This document shows, one piece after another, positions 8,989-20,557 of a DNA stretch of 64,000 nt. Where the stretch lies: positions 1,731 through 65,730 of the forward strand of contig DATFQO010000049.1 in the NCBI GenBank assembly GCA_035264245.1. The letters are read 5' to 3'. The notes below the pieces were generated by a model, which worked only from the letters and a program-made list of their open reading frames with translations, was not told the origin of the DNA and ran no database searches. A program made the translations under genes and the position numbers. Every line of letters begins with the position of its first letter. Positions within the stretch are counted from its first letter, which is position 1. Source of the DNA: Solirubrobacterales bacterium (GTDB lineage Bacteria; Actinomycetota; Thermoleophilia; Solirubrobacterales; 70-9).

Positions 8989-10365
8989 TTAAAAGCCCGG
9001 ACTGCGCTTCATCTTCTTGCGCTCGTGAGGGTGGGCGCCGCCCTTCTTCTCCAGCGTCTCGCAGGCTTCCTTGATGTCGTCGGCGAGACGGTCGACCTGA
9101 GCGCGGCTCAGCGTCTCCTTGACCAGCGCGCGCATGATCTTCACGTCTTCGGCTTCCGGCGGCATCGTGTAGGCGGGGAGCATCCAGCCGCGCTCGGCCG
9201 AGAGCTGCCAGGAGACGTCGAACTCGTCGTAGTCGTGCCCGTCGGTGAGCCTGAAGGCGACCAGCGGCAGCTGCTCTTTGTCAGCGCCGATCAGCTCGAA
9301 GTTGCCGTTCGCCTCCAGCTTCCCCGCCAGCGCTTTCGCGTTCTGGTTCATCGCCTCCATCACGTGGGTGTAGCCCTCGTGCCCGAGCCGGACGAAGTTG
9401 TAGTACTGGGCGAGCACCATCGAAGCGCCGGTGGAGAAGTTGAGCGTGAAGGTCGCGTCGGTCTTGCCGAGGTAATTCTCGTAGAAAACGAGGTCCTCTG
9501 CCAGGTCGGATTTCTCGCGGAAGACGAGCCAGCCGATCCCCGGGTAGACGAGCCCGAACTTGTGGCCGGAGACGTTGATCGAGCGCACCTGCTCGAGCCG
9601 GAAGTCCCACTCGGAATGCGGGTAGAGGAAGGGCCAGACGAAGCCGCCGCTGGCGGCGTCGACGTGGAGCGGCACGTCGAGCCCCTGGGTCTCCTTGATC
9701 CGCAGCAGCAGGTCGTTGATCCCGGGGATGTCGTCGGCGTGGCCGGTGAAGGTGGTGCCGAGGACGGCGGCGACGCCGATCGTGTTCTCGTCGACGTGGG
9801 GCTCGACGTCCTCGGGCCCGATCACGAACTTGTCCTCCCGCAGGCGGACGATCCGCGGTTCGACGTCGAAGTAGCGGCAGAACTTTTCCCAGACGACGTG
9901 GACGTCGCCGCCGAAGACGAGGTTCGGCTTGTCGACGGGCTTCCCGGCCGCTTCCCGGCGCTGCTTCCACTTCCACTTCAGCGAGAGCGCCCCGAGCATG
10001 ATCGCCTCCGAGGAGCCCTGGGTGCGACAGCCGGTCGTCTCCCCGGGAGCGTGGTAGAGGTCGGCCAGCATGCGGATGCAGCGCTGCTCGATCTCGGCCG
10101 TGATCGGGTACTCGGCGTGGTCGATGAAGTTGCGGTGCAGGTTCTCGCTGACGATCCGCTGCGCCTCGGGCTCCATCCAGGTGGTGACGAAGGTGGCGAG
10201 GTTGCGCCAGGGATCCCCCTCCAGCACCAGTTCCTCGTCGACCAGCCGCATCGCGTCGAGCGCCGGCATCCCGGTGGCGGGGAAGTCCTTGGCGGGCGCG
10301 TCTTCGGTCAGGAAGCGGTTGCCGTAGAGCCTCGCGGCGTCCTCGGGGTTCTGGGACTGGTTCAT
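8989..10365 (-). CDS. gadB: glutamate decarboxylase (PLP-dependent)
   Basis: 458 aa. PLHVDAASGGF and the PLP-lysine motif SINVSGHKFGLVYPGIGW match the Gad family along the whole length. Confidence 0.93.
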   Translation of the reverse strand: MNQSQNPEDAARLYGNRFLTEDAPAKDFPATGMPALDAMRLVDEELVLEGDPWRNLATFVTTWMEPEAQRIVSENLHRNFIDHAEYPITAEIEQRCIRMLADLYHAPGETTGCRTQGSSEAIMLGALSLKWKWKQRREAAGKPVDKPNLVFGGDVHVVWEKFCRYFDVEPRIVRLREDKFVIGPEDVEPHVDENTIGVAAVLGTTFTGHADDIPGINDLLLRIKETQGLDVPLHVDAASGGFVWPFLYPHSEWDFRLEQVRSINVSGHKFGLVYPGIGWLVFREKSDLAEDLVFYENYLGKTDATFTLNFSTGASMVLAQYYNFVRLGHEGYTHVMEAMNQNAKALAGKLEANGNFELIGADKEQLPLVAFRLTDGHDYDEFDVSWQLSAERGWMLPAYTMPPEAEDVKIMRALVKETLSRAQVDRLADDIKEACETLEKKGGAHPHERKKMKRSPGF

Positions 10366-10477
10366 CGTCGGAAGCTCCTTCTCGGGGTCGAGGCGAGACT
10401 AACCGCCCCGGGTCTGGGCCGTGTACGCATAGGGTGAACGCATCGAGGTCCGGCTCACCCACATCGGCGGTCCCACG

Positions 10478-11230
10478 GTGCTGATCGAGTTCGGCGGCTG
10501 GCGGCTGCTGACCGACCCGACCTTCGATCCGGCCGGTGGCAAGTGCCGCTTCGGCTGGGGCACGGGCTCGACCAAGCTGACCGAGCCCTCGATCGCCGCC
10601 GGGGAGCTGGGGCCGATCGACGCGGTCCTGCTCAGCCACGACCATCACGACGACAACCTCGACGCCGCCGGCCGGGCGCTGCTGCCGCGGGCCGGGACGG
10701 TGCTGACGACCGAGGCCGGCGCGCGGCGCCTCGGCGGCAACGCCCGCGGGCTCGCGCCGTGGGGAACCGCCGAGCTCACGGCCGAGGGCAAACCGCGGAT
10801 CGAGGTCACCGCCACCCCCTGCCGTCACGGCCCGCCGCTGAGCAAGCCGCTGGTCGGCGATGTCGTCGGCTTCGCGCTGCGCTGGGAGGGACAGGAGCAC
10901 GGCGCGTTCTGGATCTCCGGTGACACCGTCCTCTACGACGGCGTCCGCGAGGTCGCCGACCGCCTCGAGGTCGGCACCGCGCTCGTCCACCTCGGCGGAG
11001 TCCGCTTCCCGGTCACCGGCCCGCTCCGCTACACGATGACCGCCGCCGAGGCGGTCGAGCTGCTCAGCTCGTTGCAGCCGCGGACGGCGATCCCGATCCA
11101 CTACGAGGGCTGGCGCCACTTCCGCCAGGGCCGGGAGCAGGTCGAGGCCGAGTTCGCCGCGGCACCGGCCGAGTTCGGCGAGCGTGTCCGCTGGCTGCCG
11201 CTCGGAGCAGGGACCACGGTCACCGTCTAG
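10478..11230 (+). CDS. MBL-fold metallo-hydrolase
   Basis: LLSHDHHDDNLD metal motif. The first canonical start is GTG 10478, but the conserved-looking N-terminal strand IEVRLTHIGGPT lies in frame upstream of it (see findings). Confidence 0.8.
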   Translation: MLIEFGGWRLLTDPTFDPAGGKCRFGWGTGSTKLTEPSIAAGELGPIDAVLLSHDHHDDNLDAAGRALLPRAGTVLTTEAGARRLGGNARGLAPWGTAELTAEGKPRIEVTATPCRHGPPLSKPLVGDVVGFALRWEGQEHGAFWISGDTVLYDGVREVADRLEVGTALVHLGGVRFPVTGPLRYTMTAAEAVELLSSLQPRTAIPIHYEGWRHFRQGREQVEAEFAAAPAEFGERVRWLPLGAGTTVTV

Positions 11231-11326
11231 CGCAACGGATCGCTGATCTTCATCCGAGCCGGAGGGGCATCGCGCTATGTTGACCCGGCTGCATAAGAAT
11301 TTCTTCCTAAAGAGAGGGCCGGGCCG

Positions 11327-11764
11327 ATGGAGATGACGAGTGAGATGGGGCCGATCGATTACCTGCTCGTCGAGTGGCCCGGGCGGCAGCCGAACGGCGA
11401 GGTGGCGCCCTACTTGGTCGACCTCGTCGACCGCGGCCTGGTCAGGATCCTCGACCTGAGCTTCATCGCCAAGGACGAGGACGGGACCGTCGTCGGCCTC
11501 GAGCTGTCCGACCTCGGTGATGGCGCCGCGGAGCTCTCGGTCTTCGAGGGCGCCTCCTCGGGCCTGCTCTCAGACGAAGATGTCAACGAGGCCGCCGGGG
11601 CGATGGAGCCCGGGACCTCGGCCGCCCTGCTCGTCTTCGAAAACACCTGGGCCGGGCCCTTCGCCGCCGCGGTCCGCCGCTCCGGTGGGCAGCTCGTCGC
11701 CAGCGGCCGCATCCCCGTTCAAGCCGTCCTCGCCGCGCTCGACGAGGCCGAGGCAAACGCCTAA
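11327..11764 (+). CDS. DUF6325/DUF1269-like protein
   Basis: 145 aa. The N-terminus GPIDYLLVEWPG...VRILDLSFIAKDEDGTV matches my recollection of the DUF6325 family. Confidence 0.6.
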   Translation: MEMTSEMGPIDYLLVEWPGRQPNGEVAPYLVDLVDRGLVRILDLSFIAKDEDGTVVGLELSDLGDGAAELSVFEGASSGLLSDEDVNEAAGAMEPGTSAALLVFENTWAGPFAAAVRRSGGQLVASGRIPVQAVLAALDEAEANA

Positions 11765-11778
11765 GAGAGGAATCACCC

Positions 11779-12048
11779 ATGCCAGGACTACTTCGAGGCG
11801 TCGCCCGCACCGCGGTCATCGCCGGCACCGCCACCTCCGTCAGCAACCGCGTCTCCAAACGGCAGGGCGAGCGCTGGTCGCAGCAGGAAGAACAGCAGCA
11901 GGCCGTCGCGCCGCCGCCGCCCGCTCCAGCAGCGCCGGCCGCGAGTTCGCCAATCGAGCAACTGAAGGAACTGGGCGAGCTGAAAGCCCAGGGCATCCTC
12001 ACCGAGGACGAGTTCGCGGCGCAGAAGGCGAAGATCCTCGGCTCTTAA
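11779..12048 (+). CDS. SHOCT domain protein
   Basis: The C-terminus IEQLKELGELKAQGILTEDEFAAQKAKILG is a textbook SHOCT motif. Confidence 0.75.
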   Translation: MPGLLRGVARTAVIAGTATSVSNRVSKRQGERWSQQEEQQQAVAPPPPAPAAPAASSPIEQLKELGELKAQGILTEDEFAAQKAKILGS

Positions 12049-12752
12049 TAGGAGAGCGAGTAGAAGACGTGAGCGACGCCGGGGGCCTCGACCACCCGCG
12101 TCTGCTCCAGCTTCACGCTCGGCGGGATCCCGTCGAGCAGGCGGGTCCCGCCGCCCAGGACCACCGGCACCTGGTTGACCAGCAGCTCGTCGAGCAGGCC
12201 GGCGCGGATCGTCTCCTGGATCGTTTCGCCGCCGCCGCCGATCGAGACATGGCCGCCGCCGGCAGCCTCGCGGGCCTGGGCGACGGCGCTCTCGATCCCG
12301 TCGGTGACGAAGTGGAAGGTCGTCTTGCCGAGGGTCACCGGCTCGCGCTCGTGGTGGGTGAGGACGAAGACGGGGACGCCGAACGGCGGCTCGTCCCCCC
12401 ACCAGCCGTTCCACAACGGCTCGGTCCACGGACCGCGGACGGGGCCGAACATGTTGCGGCCCATGACGATGGCGTTGCTGTCGGCCGAGGCCTCGCGCAC
12501 GACCTCGTCGCTGATCCCCCCTTCGCCGCCCTCGCGCCCGTGGATTTCCTGGAAGAAGCGCGTCTTGAAGGCCCAATCGTGCAGCGCCTCGGCGCCTTCG
12601 CCTAATCCGTGCTCCTCGCTCTGGTTGGGCCCGGCGAGGAAGCCGTCGGCGGAGACGGAGATCTGGCACTTGACCTTGCCCACGGCCCCACCGTTGCGCC
12701 CGGCGAACGTGTCTGAGCTTTTCCCCCGTATGTGACGGGAAAGCTCAGACAC
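12045..12752 (-). CDS. dihydrofolate reductase family protein (RibD C-terminal domain)
   Basis: KCQISVSADGFLAGP ... VFVLTHH ... LLDELLVNQVPVVLGGG pattern. The true start is probably an internal GTG near VGKVKCQ. Confidence 0.8.
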   Translation of the reverse strand: MSELSRHIRGKSSDTFAGRNGGAVGKVKCQISVSADGFLAGPNQSEEHGLGEGAEALHDWAFKTRFFQEIHGREGGEGGISDEVVREASADSNAIVMGRNMFGPVRGPWTEPLWNGWWGDEPPFGVPVFVLTHHEREPVTLGKTTFHFVTDGIESAVAQAREAAGGGHVSIGGGGETIQETIRAGLLDELLVNQVPVVLGGGTRLLDGIPPSVKLEQTRVVEAPGVAHVFYSLSY

Positions 12753-12829
12753 CCCTAGGGCAGGCCCTTGACGCGGAAACTATCGGCGCTATCCTGTTGG
12801 AGGACTAACTACAGAAAGTGGACTTGGTT

Positions 12830-15121
<2,292 letters not shown>

Positions 15122-15129
15122 GAATCGAG

Positions 15130-15438
15130 ATGACCCCCCGCTGCCGCAATTGCAATCCGGTCCCGACCGAGCTCCGCGCCGCCGCCGGGATCCTCGAGCG
15201 CCGCTGGACGATGGCGACGATCTACGCCTGCTCCAGCGGCGCCGCCCGCTTCAACGAGTTCCGCCAGTCCCTCCCCGGCGTCTCCCCGACGACCCTCTCC
15301 GAGCGGCTCGAGCAGCTGGAGGCGGCGGGAATCGTCGAGCGCCACCTCGTCCCCGGCCGTCCCCCCCACACCGAGTACGTGCTCACCGCGCGAGGCGAGC
15401 GCGTGGCTCGAGCCGTGGCCGGCCTGCTCCAGCACTAA
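15130..15438 (+). CDS. HxlR family transcriptional regulator
   Basis: 102 aa. CPV..A..ILERRWTMATIY....ARFNEFRQSLPGVSPTTLSERLEQLEAAGIVER is the HxlR signature. Confidence 0.85.
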   Translation: MTPRCRNCNPVPTELRAAAGILERRWTMATIYACSSGAARFNEFRQSLPGVSPTTLSERLEQLEAAGIVERHLVPGRPPHTEYVLTARGERVARAVAGLLQH

Positions 15439-15447
15439 CGCCCCGCC

Positions 15448-15490
15448 GAGACCGCAAAAACTGTCCTTGAGAGACCGTCTTTGCGGTCTC
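15448..15490. repeat. hairpin repeat copy 1 (GAGACCGCAAAAAC...TTTGCGGTCTC)
   Basis: 11-bp perfect outer stem, extendable to ~18 bp with 2 mismatches. Lies directly after the HxlR gene stop. Confidence 0.8.
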
Positions 15491-15494
15491 GCGC

Positions 15495-15716
15495 TCAGCT
15501 GAGGCGAGGTGGAAGGTCGGTAGGCGCGGGGGCTGCGGGGCGCTGGCGGTGGATCTCCACCAGGCGGAAGTAGAGGACCGAGGCGATCAGGGCGGCGACC
15601 GGCGCCGCGGCCGTCTGGGCGAGGACGGTGAAGACGAGGTGGACGACACGGCGGCGCTCGATCACGATCACCGGCGCGACCACCGCCCACGCCGCCAGCA
15701 GGTAGACGCCGGGCAC
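15495..15716 (-). pseudogene. possible truncated membrane-protein remnant
   Basis: The hydrophobic reading frame is open only from the stop at 15793-15795. It has a GTG start and no SD, and is bracketed by two copies of a hairpin repeat. Confidence 0.3.
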
Positions 15717-15919
15717 GACGAGGAGGAAGAGACCGCCGGCGACGCCGAGCGCGGTCAGGAAGCTGGCGCCGAGCAGCGGCCAGAAGACCGATCATGGAAG
15801 CTCTGACGATCGACGTGCTCGCCCGCACTCCAATCCGCGTCGGCGCGCTATCACCCCAACCGCAACTGGTTTGCATTTCGCGACCGAGGTCCACCGGGGG
15901 CTTACATCCTGTCGCTGCC

Positions 15920-15961
15920 GAGACGCAAAAACGGTCCTCCAAGAACCGTTTTTGCGGTCTC
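15920..15961. repeat. hairpin repeat copy 2 (GAGACGCAAAAACGGT...ACCGTTTTTGCGGTCTC)
   Basis: 16/17-bp stem with one bulge. It shares its arms and the trailing CGCG with copy 1 and lies 35 nt upstream of the HDAC gene. Confidence 0.8.
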
Positions 15962-15995
15962 GCGAATTTGTGCTTGCGCCGGGTAGATTCACCCG

Positions 15996-16937
15996 ATGCT
16001 CTACTTCAGCCATCCGGCCTGCTTGGAGCACGATCCGCGGCAGGGGCTGCCCGGCCACCCTGAGTCGCCGCAGCGGTTGCGGGCGATCGAGGCGGCGCTG
16101 GAGGAGCGCGGCTGGCTCGGCTGGGAGCGGCGCGAGGCACCTGCCGCGACCGAGGCGGAGCTGGAGCTCGTCCATCCACCCGGGCACGTCGAGCGGATCC
16201 ACGACCTCTGCCGCTCCGGCGGCGGCGCGATCGACGCCGACACCTCCGCCGGCGGGGCTTCCTGGGAGGCGGCGCTGCGCTCGGCCGGGGCGGCCTGCGA
16301 GATGACCCGCTCGCTGCTCCGCCGCGAGGCCGAGGTCGGCTTCGCGGCTGGCCGCCCGCCCGGCCACCATGCCGAACCCGAGCGGGCGATGGGCTTCTGC
16401 CTCTTCGACAACGTCGCCGTCGCCGCCGCGCTGGCGATCGCCGAGTTCGGCCTCGAGCGGGTGTTCATCCTCGACTGGGACGTCCACCACGGCAACGGCA
16501 CCGCCGAGATCTTCCGCGAGCGCGCCGACGTCCTCTTCGCCAGCATCCACCAGGGCGGGATCTTCCCCGGCAGCGGCGCCCGCGAGGACACCGGCTCCGG
16601 CGCGGGCGAGGGCTTCACGATCAACCGGCCGGTTGCGGCGGGCAGTGGCGAGGACGTCTGGCTGACGCTGCTCGCGGAGGAGCTGCTGCCCGCGGCCGCC
16701 CGGTTCGAGCCGCAGCTGGTACTGATCTCGGCCGGGTTCGACGCCCACCGCGACGACCCGCTCGCGGAGTGCCGGCTGGAGACCGCGTCCTTCGCCCGCA
16801 TGGCCGACCTCGTCCGCGCCGCCGCGGCGGACTGGGGCGCGCCAGTCGGCGCCGTGCTCGAGGGCGGTTACGCTCTCGACGCGCTGGCCGGGTCTGTGGT
16901 GGCTACGATGGCCGCGCTCGGGGGCGGAGAGCGCTGA
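15996..16937 (+). CDS. histone deacetylase family (AcuC/Aph-like) deacetylase
   Basis: 313 aa. GRPPGHHAE, DWDVHHGNGT and GGY motifs of class I/II HDAC-type zinc deacetylases. Confidence 0.9.
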   Translation: MLYFSHPACLEHDPRQGLPGHPESPQRLRAIEAALEERGWLGWERREAPAATEAELELVHPPGHVERIHDLCRSGGGAIDADTSAGGASWEAALRSAGAACEMTRSLLRREAEVGFAAGRPPGHHAEPERAMGFCLFDNVAVAAALAIAEFGLERVFILDWDVHHGNGTAEIFRERADVLFASIHQGGIFPGSGAREDTGSGAGEGFTINRPVAAGSGEDVWLTLLAEELLPAAARFEPQLVLISAGFDAHRDDPLAECRLETASFARMADLVRAAAADWGAPVGAVLEGGYALDALAGSVVATMAALGGGER

Positions 16938-18286
16938 TGGCGGCGCTGCGCGAGGTGGCGATCGAGGCCGCTCCCCTGGAGCGCTTCCGCCCGCTGGTCG
17001 GCGACCGTTTCGCGGCGATCGAAGCCGCCGCGGAGGCGGCCCGCGAGAGCTTCGACGGGCGGCGGATCTGGCACGTCAACTCGACCTCACAGGGGGGCGG
17101 GGTGGCCGAGATGCTGCGAGCCCTGCTGCCCTACGCGAGCGGCGCCGGAGTCGACGTCCGCTGGGTTGTCCTCGACGGGGACGACCGCTTCTTCGAGCTG
17201 ACCAAGCGCATCCACAACCGCCTGCACGGAGACGAGGGCGACGGTGGGAAACTCGACCGTGCGGCGCGGCAGGCGTACGCCGACGCCTCCGCCCAGTCCG
17301 CCGAGCGGCTGAGCGCGATGGTCGAGCCCGGCGACGTGATCTACCTCCACGACCCGCAGCCTGCGGGTTTGGTGCCGGCGATGAAGGAGGCGGGCCTGAC
17401 CGTCGTCTGGCGCTGCCACATCGGCGTCGACGAGCCGAACGATGTCGCCCGCGAGGCCTGGGACTTCCTGCGCCCCTACGTCGAGCCGGCCGACGCCTAC
17501 GTCTTCTCCCGCCGCGCCTACCTCTGGGAGGGGCTGGACCAGAGCAAGGCCTGGATCATGCCGCCGGTGATCGACCCCTTCTCGGCCAAGAACGAGGACC
17601 TGGACGACGAGCGGATCGCGGCGGTTCTGGCCACGGTCGAGAAGCGGGCGACGATCCTGCAGGAGGAACCGGTGCCGGCCGGGGCGACTGTCGTGACCCA
17701 GGTCTCCCGCTGGGACCGCCTCAAGGACCACGAGGGCCTGCTCCAGACCCTCGCGCGGCACCTCGACGACCCCTCGCTCCACCTCTGCCTCGTCGGCCCC
17801 GAGACCGAGGGCGTCCACGACGACCCGGAGGGCGCCGCCGTCTACGAGCGGGTCGCGGCCCGCTGGCGCGACCTCGAGGATGAGCGCCGCCGCCGCGCCC
17901 ACCTCTTCAGCCTGCCGATGGACGACCTGACTCAGAACGCCGCGATGGTCAACGCGCTGCAGCGCCGCAGTGACCTGATCGTCCAGAAGAGCCTCGCCGA
18001 GGGCTTCGGGTTGACCGTGGCGGAGGCGATGTGGAAGTCCAAGCCGGTGGTCGCCAGCCGCGTCGGCGGCATCCAGGACCAGGTGATCGACGGGCAGACC
18101 GGGGTCCTGATCGACGACCCCCGCGACCTGCCGGCCTTCGCCGCGGCGATCTGCGCTCTCGCCGCCGACCCGAGCCGAGCCGCCGAGCTCGGCGCCGCCG
18201 GACGCGAGCACGTGCGCGACAGCTACCTCGCGATCGACCGCCTGCGCGAATACGTCGAGCTGCTCGGCGCCCTCGTCTCCGACTAG
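16937..18286 (+). CDS. GT4 glycosyltransferase, trehalose synthase (TreT)-like
   Basis: ATG at 16937 overlaps the HDAC stop (TGATG). The N-terminus IWHVNSTSQGGGVAEMLRALLPY..VDVRWVVL..FFELTKRIHNRLHG is typical of TreT-type enzymes. C-terminal E-x7-E region LAEGFGLTVAEAMW. Confidence 0.8.
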   Translation: MAALREVAIEAAPLERFRPLVGDRFAAIEAAAEAARESFDGRRIWHVNSTSQGGGVAEMLRALLPYASGAGVDVRWVVLDGDDRFFELTKRIHNRLHGDEGDGGKLDRAARQAYADASAQSAERLSAMVEPGDVIYLHDPQPAGLVPAMKEAGLTVVWRCHIGVDEPNDVAREAWDFLRPYVEPADAYVFSRRAYLWEGLDQSKAWIMPPVIDPFSAKNEDLDDERIAAVLATVEKRATILQEEPVPAGATVVTQVSRWDRLKDHEGLLQTLARHLDDPSLHLCLVGPETEGVHDDPEGAAVYERVAARWRDLEDERRRRAHLFSLPMDDLTQNAAMVNALQRRSDLIVQKSLAEGFGLTVAEAMWKSKPVVASRVGGIQDQVIDGQTGVLIDDPRDLPAFAAAICALAADPSRAAELGAAGREHVRDSYLAIDRLREYVELLGALVSD

Positions 18287-18295
18287 CCGCGCCCT

Positions 18296-20548
18296 CTAAG
18301 GAGCGACGGGTTGTGGGACGGTCCGCCGCTGGACGACGTCGCCGCCGCCGTTGAAGCGCCGCCAGGTCATCGCCAGGGTTCCGCCGGGCCCCCAGACGAG
18401 CGCGGGGTCGCTTGCCGCACGACCGGCGACCGAGAGGTTCTGGGTGGTGCCGAGGGTGCCGTTGCCGAGCAGGTCGCGTCGCTGGGCGATGAAGTTGGCG
18501 CCGTCGAACCGGCTCCAGAGAATCGTGGCCAAGCCCCCCGGGGAGATCGCGACCTGGGGATCGGCGGCATCGCGGCCCACCGCCGAGAGGTCGACTACCG
18601 ACGCGCCGACCACGCCGGCCGAATCGAGGCGGCGCGCCTGGACGACGAAGCTGCTGCCGTCGAAGCGGTCCCAGACCACGGTGGCGACGCCGTTGGAGCC
18701 GACGGCGACGTGGGGCTCGGCGGCATTCCGCCCCGTCGCCGAGAGGTTGTTCACGCCCCCGGCAAGCGCCCCGGCGGCGGTCAGCCGCCGCTCCTGGACG
18801 ATCCAGTTGGCGCCGTTGAACCTGTTCCAGACGACGGTCGGCACGCCGCCGGGACCGATCCCGAGCTGCGGCTGGAGCCCGCTCTCGCCGCTGGCGGAGA
18901 GGTTCAGGATCGTGGCCCTGGGCGCCCCTCCCACGGCGATCTGCCGCCCCTGGACGATCCCGTCGTAACCGTCGTAGCGGCTCCAGACCACCGTCGCGGT
19001 GCCGTCGCCGGCGACCGCCACCTGAGGTTCGACGGCGTCCTGGCCCGTCGCGGAGAGAATGTGAGCAGAGCTCTCCACCGCCCCGGTGGCGAAGATCTGG
19101 CGCTCCTGGACGTAGTAGTGGGCGCCGTCGAACCGCTTCCAGACCACCGTCGCGGTGCCGTCGGCGGCGACCGCCACCTGCGGGGCCGCCGCGTCCTGCC
19201 CCGTGCCCGAGAGGGTCTTGGTGCTTTCCTCCGGCGTCCCCGCAGCCGTGATCCGCCGCGCCTGAACGACGAAGTTGGCGCCGTCGGAGCGGACCCAGGT
19301 GACGACCGCCAGGCCCCCCGCGGTCACGGCGACCTGGGGCGCGAGCGCATCCTGTCCCGAGGTGGAGAGCTGGCGGATCGTGCCGAGCGTGCCGTTGGGA
19401 GCGATCCTGCGGGTGAAGACCGTGAAGGCGCCGCCGCTGCCGCGGGCGCTCCAGACGACGGTCGAGGTGCCGTCACGGGCGACGCCGACGTCGGGCCCGC
19501 TCGCCATCTCGGCCGCGGGCGACAGGTCGGCGGCCTGCGCCGCTTCGCCGCTGGTGGCGGCCGGGGCCTTCACTTTGGTCAGCGCCGGCAGGGACAGCGG
19601 CCGGGGGACGAAGAGGCCGCTCTGGACCGCCTTGCGGAACTGCTGCTGTGCCGGTGCCGAGCTCTCGATCGGCCAGTCCTCCCGTGATCCGTTCTTCAGC
19701 AGGTTCCAGTTGAACCAGAGATAGGCCTTGATCTCCGGGTGGTGCGGCAGGTAGGTGGTCAGCATTTCCCGGATCCAGTCGGTCTTGTTGCCGCCGTACT
19801 CGGTCGAGGCGTTCTCGACGATGATCAGTGGCTTGGTCGGCGCGACCGCCCTGATGATCTTCAGCGTCGGCGTGATCGTCTGCTCGGGGGTGATCCACTT
19901 GTCCGGCTGGGCGGGCATCCGGCCCCAGTTGTAGGAGTCGAGCCCGGTCCAGTCGACGTAGGCGTCGCCTGGGTAGTACTTGGTCGGATTGGATTCGGGG
20001 TCGAACCAGACGCTGTTGGCGACCCAGGTCCAGGTGACGTTGGTCGCTCCCTGGCCGACGACCAGGTCGTGGAAGCGGCGCCAGGCGGCGACGAAGTCGG
20101 GGCTGCGGCCCCAGGCGAACCAGGCGCCGTTCATCTCCCACCAGGGGGCGAAGAGGAACGGGTATCCCCACGCCTTCGCTTCCTGCGCCCACCTCTTGAT
20201 CGCCGCGTCCTGGCTGCCGTTGGCGATGTCGGCGAGCTTCATTTCCTTGCCCAGCCCCATCGTCACCAGCGGGATCGCGCCGCGGGCGCGGGTCGCCTCC
20301 ACCTCGTACTTGTCGAAGCTGGTCCACGACTGCCCCTGGTTGACGATCGCGGCCTTCTTGCCGGCGTGGCGCTCGAAGAGGTCCCAGGCCTGGAGGTTGT
20401 TGGGGGCGTTGCCGGTCTGGCCGTAGGTCTCGCCGCTGATCGTGGCGCCGAAGTACATCGACGCGCTCGCGCCGGACGGCGCGAACAGCAGCAACGCCAG
20501 CGCGCACAGGCACGCGGCGATCGCCTTGGCAAGTCCTCCCGAGGCCAC
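18296..20548 (-). CDS. secreted GH26-like glycoside hydrolase with 8 C-terminal ~47-aa propeller-like repeats
   Basis: Signal peptide. GH26-type acid/base region FAPWWEMNGAWFAWG and nucleophile region IIVENASTEYG. Eight repeats of type TVVWxRFDGxxxxVQxRR. Confidence 0.85.
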   Translation of the reverse strand: MASGGLAKAIAACLCALALLLFAPSGASASMYFGATISGETYGQTGNAPNNLQAWDLFERHAGKKAAIVNQGQSWTSFDKYEVEATRARGAIPLVTMGLGKEMKLADIANGSQDAAIKRWAQEAKAWGYPFLFAPWWEMNGAWFAWGRSPDFVAAWRRFHDLVVGQGATNVTWTWVANSVWFDPESNPTKYYPGDAYVDWTGLDSYNWGRMPAQPDKWITPEQTITPTLKIIRAVAPTKPLIIVENASTEYGGNKTDWIREMLTTYLPHHPEIKAYLWFNWNLLKNGSREDWPIESSAPAQQQFRKAVQSGLFVPRPLSLPALTKVKAPAATSGEAAQAADLSPAAEMASGPDVGVARDGTSTVVWSARGSGGAFTVFTRRIAPNGTLGTIRQLSTSGQDALAPQVAVTAGGLAVVTWVRSDGANFVVQARRITAAGTPEESTKTLSGTGQDAAAPQVAVAADGTATVVWKRFDGAHYYVQERQIFATGAVESSAHILSATGQDAVEPQVAVAGDGTATVVWSRYDGYDGIVQGRQIAVGGAPRATILNLSASGESGLQPQLGIGPGGVPTVVWNRFNGANWIVQERRLTAAGALAGGVNNLSATGRNAAEPHVAVGSNGVATVVWDRFDGSSFVVQARRLDSAGVVGASVVDLSAVGRDAADPQVAISPGGLATILWSRFDGANFIAQRRDLLGNGTLGTTQNLSVAGRAASDPALVWGPGGTLAMTWRRFNGGGDVVQRRTVPQPVAP

Positions 20549-20557
20549 GAGGTTCCC

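Noticed and set aside
8926-11119. Long ORFs 8926-10437 (+) and 9281-11119 (-)
   Set aside because: They overlap the unambiguous glutamate decarboxylase and MBL genes in other frames and are low complexity.
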